A DNA stretch of 64,000 bases, taken from Mobula hypostoma. Its lineage: Eukaryota. Positions 1 through 12,469 of this stretch are shown piece after piece. Location: positions 81,904,001 through 81,968,000 of the forward strand of contig NC_086097.1 of the NCBI RefSeq assembly GCF_963921235.1, in the 5' to 3' direction. Numbering within the stretch: the first letter of the stretch is position 1; every line of letters begins with the position of its first letter. The position numbers were made by a program, and so were the translations under genes. Under the pieces are notes generated by a model that saw nothing but the letters and a program-made list of their open reading frames with translations, was not told the DNA's origin and did not search any database.

Positions 1-797
1 AATTCAAAAGGTTTCAATGAGATCCCCCCCATCCTTTTAAATTCCAGCGAGTACAGACCCAGAGCCATCAGACATTCCTCATATGATAACCCTTCCATTC
101 CCAGAATCATCCTTGTGAACTGCCTCTAGACCCTCTCCAAAGTCAGCACTTCTTTTCTTAGATGAGGAACCCAAAACTGTTCACAATACTCAAGGTGAGG
201 CCTCACTAGTGTCTTATAAAGCCTCAGCATCACATCCCAGCTCTTGTATTCTAGACCTCTTGAAATGAATGCTAACATTGCATTTGCATTCCTCACCTGC
301 GAGTTAACCTTTAGGGTGTTCTGCACAAGGACTCCCAAGTCCTTTTGCATCTCAAATCTTTGGCTTTTCTTCCCATTTAGAAAATAGTCCGCACATTTAT
401 TTCTACTACCAAAGTGCATGACCATGCATTTTCCAACATTGTATTTCATTTGCCACTTTCTTGCCCATTCTCCTAATCTGTCCAAGTTCTTCTGCAGCCT
501 ACCTGTTTCCTCAACTCTACCTGCCCTTCCACCAATCTTCATATCATCTGAAAACTTGGCAACAAAGCCATCAATTCCATTATCCAAATCATTGACAAAA
601 ATGTAAAAAGATGCAGTCCCAACACCGACCCCTGCGGAACACCACTAGTCACTGGTAGCCAACCAGAAAAGGGTCCTTTTATTCCTACTCACTCCCTCCT
701 ACCAATCAGCCAATGCTCTAACTGTTTTAGTAACTTTCCTGTCATACCATGGGCTCTTAACTTGGTATGCAGTATCATGTGTGGCACCTGGTCAAAG
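1..797 (-). mobile_element. CR1 LINE fragment (RT C-terminal part)
   Basis: ORF 126..587(-) has KFSDD..., WQMKYNVGKC, LYKTLVRPHLEYCEQFW, typical of CR1 ORF2; runs off the window start. Confidence 0.9.
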
Positions 798-2008
798 GAA
801 GAATAACCTAAACTATATATCAAAGAATACAATTTAAAAATTGTGCAAGGTAAAAAACTAAAATCAAAATTAAAACAGAATGCTGGAAATATTCAATGGA
901 TCTGGAAATACCTGTGGAGTGAGAAACAAAGATCATATTTCAGGTCAATATTTCATCATTCACTTTTTTTAAAAATTTTGCTTTTAGATATATTAAATGA
1001 GGATTATAAGATTGTGTGCTTGATAAGTGGTTGAAGTAAAGGGAAATTAAAGATTAACTGAAAAAGGAAGAATGAACGGACTAGCTAAACTAGTTAGCCC
1101 AACTGCGAATTTTCAAGTGACCATTTCTGTGTAATTCCATCTAATAGTTACCTCCCGTGAAAAGTTGATCTGATTGACAATTTCCCCTTGTAAAATGTGT
1201 TTTGAACAATTGTGAATGATATTGTTCTCCCTCCTTGACATGAAGTTTAAGTAATGTGAAAGAGTACTCCAACCCAGAGTGGAATAGAATCATTATTATG
1301 CACTGCTTTGTGGGACAGCATATGTGACAACAACGTGTAGATTAATCACTACTTGAGGAACTGAAATCATTTCTTTCCCGTGGTACTGTGAAAATCATGA
1401 ATTGTCTTAATTGTTCTGAAGCTATCTTTGAAGTGTCGGAAATGAAGTCATGTGCTTCCTTACACAGATGACAAACTGATCTATCTTCTTTGGAAGTTAT
1501 TTTGATCTCATGAAGTTCAGACTAAATAGTTTGCTCTTTTCCCGAGCTTTATCCTGCATCCGCCCAGTATGTACTTCAGCTGTAAAGGAATTGATTGCTT
1601 ACACTCCATCCAGCCAAATCAGACAGCATCTTGCATTGCCTGTGCTATAAGCAAAGGGCCAATTTACAAATGAGGTCACTTCCACTGGCCAGATGAATTA
1701 CTCCAAGCTTCTGCTGCCAGCCACTTTGATCCTCCATCCCATTCAGATCTCTCTGTCCGTGGTTTCATGCACTGTTATAATAAATCTCAGTGCAAACTTG
1801 AGAAACATTCCTAATCTTCTGACATTGAGCCTGCGGGGTTACAGAAGAAGCTGCTTCCTGGACTCAGTTTGCTTTCTCTGTGATATTTCCTCAGTTTTTC
1901 CCTCCCATTAACACATCCTGACTTGCTAGGTATGGCCTACAACCCTGATATTTGCAGCACATAATATTCCATCTGTATTACATCTCTCCAACTGCCCCAT
2001 TAACTCAT

Positions 2009-2690
2009 TTAGATTATGAGAACACTCAGTCCTCTTTTATGTCATTTAGAAATGCATACATGCATTAAGAAATGATACAATGTTCCTCCGGAGTGATATC
2101 ACAGAAAACAAGACAGACCAAAGACTAACACTGACAGAACCACATAATTATAACACCTAGTTACAGCAGTGCAAAGCAATACCATAATTTGGTAAAGAAC
2201 AGACCATGGGCACGGTAAAAAAAAATCTCAAGTCCCGATCAACTCCCGAGTCCCCGATAGCAGGCGGCAAAAGGGAGAAACTCCCTGCCATAAACCTCCA
2301 GGCACCGACAACTTGCCAATGCATTGGAAGCACCGACCACAGCCGACAGTGAGTCCGTCCATCCAAAAACTTCGAGCCTCCGACCAGCCCCTCCGATACA
2401 GCCTCCTGAGCGCCATCCTCTGCCGAGCGCCTTCGACCTCGCCCCAGCCGCCGAAACAAGCAAAGCCGAGGATTCGGGGCCTTCTGCTCCGGAGATTCCA
2501 GTTACCACACAGTAGCAGCAGCAGCGAAGCGAGCATTCCAGAAGTTTCTCCAGATGTTCCTCCGCACTCTCACATCTGTCTCCATCAAATCAGAATTGTG
2601 CACGGTGTCCTACCTGACAGATTACAGATATCATTCACCGGAGAGGCCGCGCGCGCTGTCGTTGTGCTGCCAATCTTCTCCTCCTCCTCC
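2009..2690 (-). mobile_element. Non-autonomous ~0.65-kb retroelement, copy 1 (GC-rich head, TCATAATC tail)
   Basis: Alignable end to end with 5772-6412 (+) and 44232-44904 (-); no consistent ORF. Confidence 0.8.
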
Positions 2691-4381
2691 TTTGATTAGG
2701 GGCATATACAAGTTATCCCCATGACAACCCCGGCTTTATACTCTCACTGATACCACCTTCAGCCAAATAATTCCTTCCACCTTTTCTTTAATTTCATACT
2801 TACTAGTGCTTTCCCTTTTCCAGTTCTGAAAAAGAAGTTTCAGCCTGAAACATTAACTCAGTTTCTCTTCGGATGCTTCCTGATCTCTTCATGTTTCAAG
2901 TATTTTCTGATTTTATTACATCAATACACGACTGGGTTATTCATCTTTTTTGACCCACTCCGTCATTCAACTAGAAATGACACACCATTCTGTTTTCCTG
3001 AGTCTGCTTGGTATCTCAGCCATGTAAACTACAACTCTTCCAGCATTAAAGCTTCTAGGGAGAAAGATTTTTAATATCTTATGTGTAAATTATCATGATA
3101 TTGTTAACAGTTGAGCAGTCCTAGAGACTTCTCAAATCAATGGAATAATCAGTACAACATGTTTAATCCCATCAGAATTAACAATATGCAAATACCATAC
3201 ATATCAAACTTAATCCTTCTCTACCCTCGAGCCAGGATCATAATGGCTAGAAAACAGTCAACCAAAAAAAGCTGCCCTGGTATATTAAGTCCGAGCAGTG
3301 CATGATAGTGTGCACCTAGAACTTTGACAACAAGAGATTTTTAGTTTCCTGGAGGATTAAATACCATAGATTATTTGAAAGGAATGAAGATTTAGAGTTT
3401 AGAAACAGAGCAAAAGGAAAGTAAGGGCAATGAGTTACTAACAAGTGACACTCTTGTTTATCTGTGTAAAAGCTCTGTGTTTAGTGCCTAAGTCTCGATC
3501 TTTAAATCAATTTTAAAGATCCTACAAATACAACTGTTTTGTGAAATAAATGTTTATCAGCAATTAATGCCTTAAATCATTTCATGTTAAATCCAAATAG
3601 TATTATCAAATTAACAGGATATAAATCTCTGAGATCTGACAATTCTTCAGTATTGTGTCCAATTGCTCACATGTAACCTAAATATCATTGGATTGTTTGA
3701 CCATCAATTGACGCAATATCTCAGCTAAACCAGGCAACCTCAGTCCTACCTCGACTTGAGGCTGATTCTCAAGCATGGCTGCAAGAGTCCCACCGAACTG
3801 TCCAGAATAAGAAGCTGACACAAGTTGGCTCCCTCTAGCTAGACCAAATGCAGATCTGTCATTGCCCCATCTGTGGTTAAGAGACACAGCGATGAGGATA
3901 AAATCGGGGACTTCCTAGTCTATTCTAATAGATTACTCGCTAGGTAAATCCACTGAGTCTTTTGGAGAAATGATTGGATATTCTACCATTCTGGTTGTCA
4001 CTTGTCATGTGAAACCAGGAAAATCCTGACTGCTTGTAAAATACCTTGCACGATTGAGGTTCTATCAACAGTACACAGTCAATCAACAATTCTATGGAAC
4101 ATTAGAGGTGTAAGAGGTTCCAGATCTATTCTCTCCCTATTGCTATTGCAGACCACATTTTGACTGGTACTGGTGTTGATGCAGAAAATTTAGTGAGGTA
4201 TGAAAAGAATTCATGAGGAATTTATGTGAAAATCTCCTCAGTTGTCACTCAAGTAAACCATTTATGAGGAGATTGAGGTCAGGCTGGATAGACCATGCTA
4301 TCTTTTAGCTTTTTCCTGTAGAAGAGGGAAGATCACTCAACAGCAAATATATGCCTGGTGCTTAATCATGAGCTGCCCTTG

Positions 4382-4850
4382 TAATGTAGCTGTTAGCATG
4401 ACAGCATTACAGCTCATGTTGTTGGAATTCAGAGTTCAATTCTGGCACCATCTGGTTGGAGTTTATACTTCCTCCCCATGACCTCCGTTGTCCTCCCACA
4501 GTCCAAAGAGGTACCATTTAGTAGGTTAGTTGGTCATTGTAAATTGTCCCCTGATTAGGGGGGAATGTCGACTCAGACCATGAGAGGCCTGCATCGGGCA
4601 TTTTCATGCCTTACAAGGAAGTTTGTGTGAGGCGCCACTCCTCGCACAGACTAGAGCAATGTGTGATTAAGTGCCCTGCTCAAGGGCACAAACACGCTGT
4701 CGCAGCTGAGGCTCAAACTAGCAACCTTGAGATCACTAGACGAATGCCTTAACCACTTAGCCACGTGCCCAACGCCTGATTAGGCTAGGATTAAATATAT
4801 GGGCTGATGGAAGGGTCTGTTCCACATTGTATCTTGAAATAATCAAAATA
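4382..4850 (+). mobile_element. V-SINE/HE1-like tRNA-derived SINE, interrupted by a second SINE
   Basis: B-box GAGTTCAATTC, V-domain-like TCCTCCCACAGTCCAAAGA and TTGGTCATTGTAAATTGTCC motifs. Confidence 0.7.
4560..4774 (-). mobile_element. tRNA-derived SINE with 10-bp TSD
   Basis: Minus strand: A box TGGCTAAGTGG, B box AGTTTGAGCC; TSD CCTGATTAGG at 4550-4559 and 4775-4784. Confidence 0.85.
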
Positions 4851-5771
4851 AATACACATTCCTGAAATAATAAAGTAAATTCTGGAAACTGAGGAAAGAG
4901 CCAAACAGGGCTCTTGTGTGAACAGAAAGATCTATCCCTGAAAAATGTTCATAGGCACTAGGCCCCTTCATTCACCCATGATTAGAAACCCTAAAACAAT
5001 ATCCTTTGTCCTTTTCTGGGCCTTCTATCATTTCAGTACCTGGGGTAGTTTATGAGATATAAGGTTGCTATTTCTGAACCCAAACCAAAAGTTTTAGAAA
5101 AGTCAAATTTATCACAGCACAGGAAGGTGAAAATCCAGCAGGCAAAAGAGAAGAAGCTCTTCTTGATCAGATACTCCTGCACTAGTGAACTCCTGCAGCT
5201 GCTAGGCTAACTCAACAGAGGCATCAAAGTTGTGGCTTTCTTTCTTATTCATTAACGAGTACAAGCATCACAGGTAAGAACATGGTTTGTCATCTATCCC
5301 TTACAAAGATGGCTGTGGGTGAACTCTTGAACCAAGTGTGAATGATGTCCTGCTCTTGTTGCAAGTGGCCCCAGATTGTTACCTGAGCAACCGGGAGTTG
5401 ATGAGCAAGTGTCACCTAAAAGCTCTGCGGGCAATTCTTTCCATTGCCTCAGGAGTAGAACTGCTGAGAGTCAGAGGAGCTAAATTAAATTTGTCCTGCC
5501 TTTTATAAACAGAACATACCTCAGCAACTTCCAATAATTTCAGATTTTTGTGACAGTTTAAGTATTGCAGTTGTATTATTATCTGGCTACCTTGTTTCTG
5601 CTGCGACCAGTGTTCGTGATGGTATTTTGGTAATGAACAGCTTCAGCAGTGATGAGGATCTCAGCAGTAGATCTGGATAGATCACAAATAGGACATTTTT
5701 GTGCTAAGTAAGGAAATAAGCACTTCAGTCTCATATTTGCACCCATGTGCTATCCTCTTCACTCTTTTGAA

Positions 5772-6412
5772 GGAGGGAGGAGAAGATGGCGGCGCGATGC
5801 AGCGGCGCGGCTGTTCCGAATGAATATCGATATCTGTAACTAGGGGCCGTGCATCAATCTGGATTTGATGGGGACAGCCATGAAGCACAGAGGAACATCT
5901 GGAGTAACTTCTGAAATGCTTGCTTCGCTGCCGCTGCTACTGTGCGATCGAGAATCTCCGGAGACGAAGGCCCCAAATCCTCGGCTTTGCGTATCACCTG
6001 TTGCTGGGGCCGGGGTCGAAACGCTCGGCAGAGATGGTGCTCGGTGCTCGGTGTCGAAGAGGTGGGTCGGAGGCTCGGAGTTTTTCTGACAGACTCGGAG
6101 TCGGACTGTGGTCGGATGCTTCCAGGATGCTGCATCGGCAAGTTGGTGGCGCTGGAGGTTCACCGTCTGCGTGAGATGATGGGACTTTTGAGAGACTCTG
6201 AGATTTTTACTGTGCCATGGTCTGTTCTTATCAAATTACGGTATTGCTTTGCACTGTTCTAACTATATGTTATAATTATGTGGTTTTTGTTAGTTTTTAA
6301 GTTGGTTTGTCATGTGTTTTTGTGATATCATTCTGGAAAAACATTTTTATCATTTCTTAATGCATGCATTACTCAATGACAATAAATGGGGACTACGTGT
6401 CCTCATAATCAT
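5772..6412 (+). mobile_element. Non-autonomous ~0.65-kb retroelement, copy 2
   Basis: Starts GGAGGGAGGAGAAGATGGCGGCG, ends GTGTCCTCATAATC; reverse complement of the 2009-2690 family. Confidence 0.8.
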
Positions 6413-6739
6413 ATATCTTTCAACCTCCTTCTCTATTTAGATATTCAAATATCCATCACCATTTAAAACTTAAAGCAATGGCACTGCTAAGTTTTTATCT
6501 CATATAGTTTGAGATAATACATTAATCCATTGGTTGTCCGAATATTTAGTCTTGTCCATTCCATGCTGCCTTTGCTGCTCAGCATCAATGTCGTTGGTCT
6601 ACTTTATTATTTCACCAACATGACTGGTATGCTCTTCAATCCTTGTCATTGAAACAGTGCTCAGAGGAACATAGGATACGCCCTAATAGTCCAATGAGCC
6701 GTGCCACCCAGCAACACACCTATTTAACCCTAACCTAAT

Positions 6740-7680
6740 CAAGCTCCTTTGTCACCTCCCAAAAAAGCTTGATCACGTTTACAGGTCATGACCTACTCTG
6801 AAAAAGCCATGCTGACTGTCCCTAAGCAAGGCATGCCTTTCCAAATGCACGTGAATTCTATCCCTCAGTATCTTCTCCAGTAGGTTCCCTACTGACGTGA
6901 AGCTCACTGGCCAATAATCTCCTTGGTTATCCCTACTTCCCCCCTTGATAAAAAGGCCCAGCATTTGATACTCTCCTGTCTGCTGGGAGCTTGCCTGTTG
7001 CTAGTGAGGGCACAAAGATTCTTGTCAAAGCTCCAGCATTCTCCTCACTTGCTTCAATATTCTAGGAATATGCCACCAGGCCCTGGGGCATCCATCTTAA
7101 TTCTTTTCAGAAGAGCCTGCAATATTTCCTTAGTCTCAAAATGTCCCACTCTGTTTTCACTATCCTTAAAATCCCTTTCCTTGGTAAGTACCCACACAAA
7201 GTACTCACTTAGTACCTCAGCCACTTGCTCTGATGCCAAATACAAATTCTCTCCTTTATCCTTGAGTAGATCTACCCTCTCCTTCGTTATCCTCTTTTTC
7301 TTAATATAAATGTATTAATGTCTTGGGATTCTCCTTGATCCCACTGGCCAAGGATACTTCATGGCCCCTTTAGGATATCCTAATTTCCTGTTTGAGCACT
7401 TTCCATTATCTTTATATTCCACAGGCCCAATCTGGTTTTAGCTTTCTAAATATTATGCATGCTTCTTTTTTCTTCCTGACTATATCAAGGATTTCTCTGG
7501 TCATCTGTTGTTCCATTACCTTACCGGTCTTGCCCTTCCTCCTTACCTGAACATTTCAATCCTGGTGTCCCATCAACTGGTCTCTAATGCCCCAGTCAAT
7601 GCCCCTTGGCTCCAGTCTTTCTGTATTTGTCCTCCCCCAATTTAACACCTTCCCACAAGATCTATCTTAAAGCATAGTGT
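6740..7680 (-). mobile_element. Degraded CR1 ORF2 fragment
   Basis: GDYWPVSFTSV..LEKILRDRI..SQHGF; APGPGGI. Confidence 0.8.
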
Positions 7681-7684
7681 GTAG

Positions 7685-7946
7685 TGTCACGTACCCCGTG
7701 ACGGGAATAAAGAACCAGCAGAGTTGGAAAACACTTTGGAGTCCAGTATTGCTATTAACTAATAATATTTATTAGTAACTACGCAATACAGTAGTATAAA
7801 TGCAGATATATCAAACAGGTTAGCAATGATTATTTATAAGTAAGTGTGGAAATATATGAAAACCAAGCTTCAAGTCTAGGGGTAAATAGATAGTCTTATG
7901 ATGATGAGTAAAGTTCAGTTCAGTTCGTGGTATTGAGTTGAGTAGT

Positions 7947-7990
<44 letters not shown>

Positions 7991-8512
7991 AGTCTTCAAG
8001 TGAACTGATGCTGTCGATCTTCCCTTTGTCCTCTGAAATCCTTCAGAAACCACAGAATGTGACCACAACAAAGCGGACCATTCTTCTGTGGTGGAATTAT
8101 CAACCCAGGCGAGGTTAACTCTCCACCGGTCACACTCTTTTCACACTGCGAGTGCTACTGATCGATCCGCCTGATCGATCCTCCAAAGCCCACTTTTTCT
8201 GTGGGCACGACAATGCTCATTCAGTGTTCAGAACCATGTGTCTGCAGGTCTAACCGCTGACCTTCTATTTATCTCACCGTGCTGAACACCAGCTGTCCAT
8301 CAAGCAGCTCCTCCCTTCTCTCTCTGTAAGAACACAGAAGCTGTTAGTGTCTTTGCAGAAAGTGTAAACAAACTGTGAGCAGTCCACCTCTCTCCCGCTC
8401 TCTCTCTCTCTCTCTTTCTCTCTCTTTTTAACAAGGTATCTGTGTTCCACAACTCTCTCTCTCTCTCTTTTCAAAAGCACAATTCATCGGGGTACTTCAG
8501 GACCCCGTCACG
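7685..8512 (-). mobile_element. Probable solo LTR with internal (GA)n/(CT)n tracts
   Basis: Ends TGTCACGTACCCCG... and ...CGGGGTAC..CCCGTCACG; no coding sequence; no clean TSD. Confidence 0.55.
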
Positions 8513-8513
8513 C

Positions 8514-9008
8514 TACACCCAGTCTCAACTTTACTCGGTACACCTGCTCATTAATGCAAATACATATCTAATCAGCCAATCATGTGGCAGCAACTCAATG
8601 CATAAGAGCATGTATTCATTATCAAGAGGTTTGGTTGTTGCTCAGACCAAATATCAGAATGGGAAGAAATGTGATCTAAGTGACTTTGACTGTGGAATGA
8701 TCTGAAACTGCTGATCTCCTGGGATTTTCACACACAACAATCTCCAGAGATTACAGAGGATGGTGCAAAAAACAAAAAAAGCATCTAGTGAGGAACAGTG
8801 CTGTGGGTGAAAGTTAATGAGAGAGAATGTACTGCCTGGTTCAAACTGACAGGAGGGCAACAGTAACTCAAATAATCACATGTTACAACAGTGGTGGGCA
8901 GAAGAGCATCTCTGAATGCACAAAACCTCAAACCTTGAAATGGATGGGTTACAGCAACAGAAGACCATGAACATACACTCAGTAGCTGTTTTATGAGGTA
9001 CAGGAGGT
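8514..9008 (+). mobile_element. Non-autonomous Tc1/mariner derivative (transposase N-terminal HTH remnant)
   Basis: From ATG 8659: MGKKCDLSDFDCGMI..SETADLLGFSHTTISRDYRGWC..; later LKWMGYSNRRP; TACAC(T/C)CAGT..GGTACA terminal motif at 8514 and ~8974. Confidence 0.8.
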
Positions 9009-9103
9009 CACTTGCTTGCTGAGCTGACTCTTTAGTCTATGTGATCATGTCTGTCCTCCAAATTTGGTACCCGGTTCCTGCTTTCTCCCTACGTTTAAAG
9101 TAA

Positions 9104-11200
9104 GACAAGACCATAAGACATAGGAGCAGAACTAGGCTATTCAAGGCCATTGAGTCTCCACCACTCATTATGGCTGATCCATTTCCCTCTCAACTCCATT
9201 CTCCAGCCTTCTTCCTGTAACCTTTTATGCCCTGACTAATCAAGAACCTATCAATCTCAGCTTTAAGTACACGCAATCACCCGGCCTCCACAGCTGCCTT
9301 TGGCAACGAATTCCACAGATTCATCACCTTCTGGCTGAAGAATTTCCTCCTCATTCCTGTTCTAAATGGATGTCCATATATTCTGAGGCTGTGCCCTCTG
9401 GTCGAAGATTACCCCACCGCAGGAAACATACTCTCCACATCCACTCTATCTAGGCCTTTCAGCATTTTGATAGGTTTCAATAAGATCTCCTCTCATTCTA
9501 AATTCCAGCGAGTGCAGGCCCAGAGCCATCAATTTCTCCTCATCTGATAAGCCTTTCCATCCCAGAATCATTCTCATGAACCTCCTCTGAACCCTCACCA
9601 ATGTCAGCACATCCTTTCTTTTAGCCCAAAACTGCTAACAATACTGCAAGTAAGGCCTTGCCAGTGGCTTATAAAGCCTCAGCACTACCTCATTGTGGAT
9701 GCCAACATACCACCTGCCTTCTTAACCACTTGCTGTTCCCAAATGCTTAATTTTATTGACAGCTGCGCAAAACACTTGGGTCTTATTGTACATCCCCTCT
9801 CTTAATCTAAGTCTGTTCAGAAAATAATGCCTTCCTATTATTACCACCAAGTGCATAATCTCTCCTTTATCCACATTATATTACAGCTGCCATTTGCTCT
9901 CTCATTCACTCTGTCCAATTCACAACGGAGCCATCTCTGAATTCTCCTCACAGATCGCAATCTCAGCCACCTTTGTGTCATCTATATATCTGAAGATAAT
10001 AGATGTAATTCCCTCAATCCTAACTATGTAGTGTGAATAGCTGTTGTCTGGGCACAGAACTCGACTGGTCTCTGCCTGCTATGCTAACAAGAACCAGAAC
10101 TTTTCTACTCTTTGTTACCCATATCCACCCAGTTCTCTATCCATGACTATGCATTAAACCCAATCCCACCTACTTTAACTCTGCTCATTAATCTCTTCTG
10201 TGGGACTTTGTCGAAAGCTTTCTGAAAGTCCAAATACACCAGTGGTCTCCAACCACCGGGCCGCGAACCGGTACCGGGCTGCAAAGCATGTGCTACCAGG
10301 CCGTGAGGAAACGATATGTGTCAGCTGCACCTTTCCTCATTCCCTGTCACGCACTGTTGAAATTGAACATAGGGTTGCCAACTGTCCCGTATTTGCCAGG
10401 ACATCCTGTATGTTGGGCTAAATTGGTTTGTCCCGTATTTCCCCGCTAAGGTAGAGCGTTCCTATGAAACCTTTCGTGCCAAAATGGCGTGAAGCGAAGA
10501 AGCAATTACCATTAATTTATATGGGAAAAATTTCTGAGTGTTCCCAGATCCTAAAAAAACCTAACAAATCATACCAATAACACATAAAACCGAAAATAAA
10601 TAACACTAACATATAGTAAAAGCAGGAATGATATGATAAATACACAGCCTATATAAAGTAGAAATAATGTATGTACAGTATAGTCAGGAAGATGAAGGGA
10701 AAACCGATTTGTGGGGAAAAAAAATCAGCACGTGCGCGCATGCGCACATCACATGTGCACACAGGTGCCCGCGCAAGACTTCATGGTCAAGGTAGTCTTT
10801 CCAGGGGTAAAGTGTCCCAGGATTTGACTACAACTTTTGTCCCTTATTTGGGAGTGAGAAAGTTGGCAACTCTAACTGTAAAAGACATGTTGAGGTGAGA
10901 TTAACCCTACTTGAACACCCACACCCCCCCCGCCCACCCCCCGGTCAGCAGGTCCGCAAGAATATTGTCAATATTAAACCGGTCCACGGTGCAAAAAAGG
11001 TTGGGGACCCCTGAAATACACCATATCCATTAGATCCTCCCAGCCATTGTATCATGACATCCTCAAAACAATTATAGCAAATTTATCAAGTGTGATCTCC
11101 CTTTCCTGTCCATACTCCAAATACTTTTCCAAATACTCTGCTGTCATGTCCTTAATAATGAACTTCAGCATTTTTTCCGCTACTGATATTGGTATACTGG
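9104..11200 (-). mobile_element. CR1 3' fragments (two ages), interrupted by a hAT MITE
   Basis: (ATAAGAC)n-type tail at 9104-9120; CR1 RT-like sequence resumes at 11022 after the hAT TSD. Confidence 0.75.
10240..11013. mobile_element. Composite non-autonomous hAT element (outer CAG(T/G)GGT-TIR element carrying a TAGGGTT-TIR element), copy 1
   Basis: TIRs CAGTGGTCTCCAACC / GGTTGGGGACCCCTG; perfect 8-bp TSD AAATACAC (10232-10239, 11014-11021); inner element 10370-10909 flanked by ATTGAACA/CTTGAACA. Confidence 0.9.
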
Positions 11201-11414
11201 ACTGACGGCAGTGGAGGTGGGAGAAATATGCTCTGTGGATCAATCAGCATCTACAGAGGTAAAGGGATGGATTGAGACATCAGGACGGAGAGTACTGAGG
11301 AAAGATAGCCAGTGCACAGAAGTGAGAGGGAGGGGTGAGACAGAAGTCGGTAGGTGATAGGTGGAAAGGTATCAAAAGAAAAATGAGGTAAGGGGAGCCA
11401 GGTGGGAGAAGGTG

Positions 11415-11565
11415 ATGGGACTAGGTAATGTTGGGGATTGGGGAAAAGGAATGGGACTATGTAATGCTGGGGATTGGGGAAAAAGAATGGGACTAGGTAA
11501 TGTTGGGGATTGGGGAAAACGAATGGGACTAGGTAATGTTGGGGATTGGGGAAAAGGAATGGGAC
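11415..11565. repeat. 36-bp G-rich minisatellite, ~4.2 units
   Basis: Unit ATGGGACTAGGTAATGTTGGGGATTGGGGAAAAGGA starting at 11415, 11451, 11487, 11523. Confidence 0.95.
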
Positions 11566-11589
11566 AGGTGAATAGAGGAAGAAAGACAT

Positions 11590-12225
11590 TGGGTGGACTG
11601 GTGAGAGTGGGAAAGGACTGGGGGGTCTGGGCTATTCGAAACTAGAAAATTCAATGTTCATATCATTGAGCTGTAGGCCACCCAAGCAGAATACAAGGTG
11701 CTGTTCTTCTAATTTGTGCCTGGCTTCATCCTAGTAGTGAAGAAGGCCAAGGACAAACAGGCTTCTGTGAGAATGGGAAGTGAAGTTGTCATGGCATGAA
11801 ATAAGAAGCTGAGGTTGGCCCAATGTGGACTGCAGAACGGCCTGCTGGTCTAACCAGCTAGGAGGAGGCCACATCACAAGTATAGAATGCTACAGATTAG
11901 ATTGGAGGAGGTGCATGTGAATCTCTGCCCCACCTGAAAGAATGTTTATGTCCTTGGTTGGCGATGAGGAAGGAGGTATGGGGGTGAGTATTACATCTCT
12001 GACAGTTGCAGAGAAAGGTGCCCAGGGATGGGGAGGGCCGGATGGCAAGGTGAAGGCCACATTAACCATGATAGAGGAAAAGCCACTTTTTCTGAGCAAG
12101 GAGAGCAACTCAGGAGTCCTGGAGTGGAAAGTCTCATCTTGAGAACAGATAATGTGAAGACAGAGAAACTGAGAGGAGGAGACAAGGTGGGAGGAGGTAA
12201 AGTCAAGGTAGCTATGGGAGTCTGG
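11590..12225 (-). mobile_element. Old Penelope-like element fragments
   Basis: ORF 11890..12357(-) has KPDSHSYLDFTSSH..SQFLCLHIICSQDETFHSR (PLE RT thumb); 11640-11920 resembles the GIY-YIG 3' region of 42298-43249. Confidence 0.7.
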
Positions 12226-12469
12226 TTTCTTCCACATTCCAAAGATATACAGGTCATTTGGTAAATTGGCCACAGTAAAATGTCCCTCGGTAGAATTTGT
12301 CTGCTTGGTGGAACAAGATTTGGCAAGAGTTGGGGAAGATAGAATCCAAGACATCATGTAAGAAGTATAATTCTATGAGTATAGCTATATCACAATGCTG
12401 TTCGACTAGATTGTGGGATAGTTCTTCCAATTAAGGTACGATTCCCCATTTGTTCACCATGAGGAGTTT

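Noticed and set aside
2157..2699. Multiple overlapping ORFs in the GC-rich repeat (also at 5.8-6.2 and 44.4-44.8 kb)
   Set aside because: Frames are not conserved among the three copies; the lack of stops reflects GC content.
11251..11645. Repetitive ORFs (FPNPQHYLVP / GLGNVGDWGK) or a CRISPR-like array
   Set aside because: Translations of a spacer-less 36-bp tandem repeat in eukaryotic DNA.
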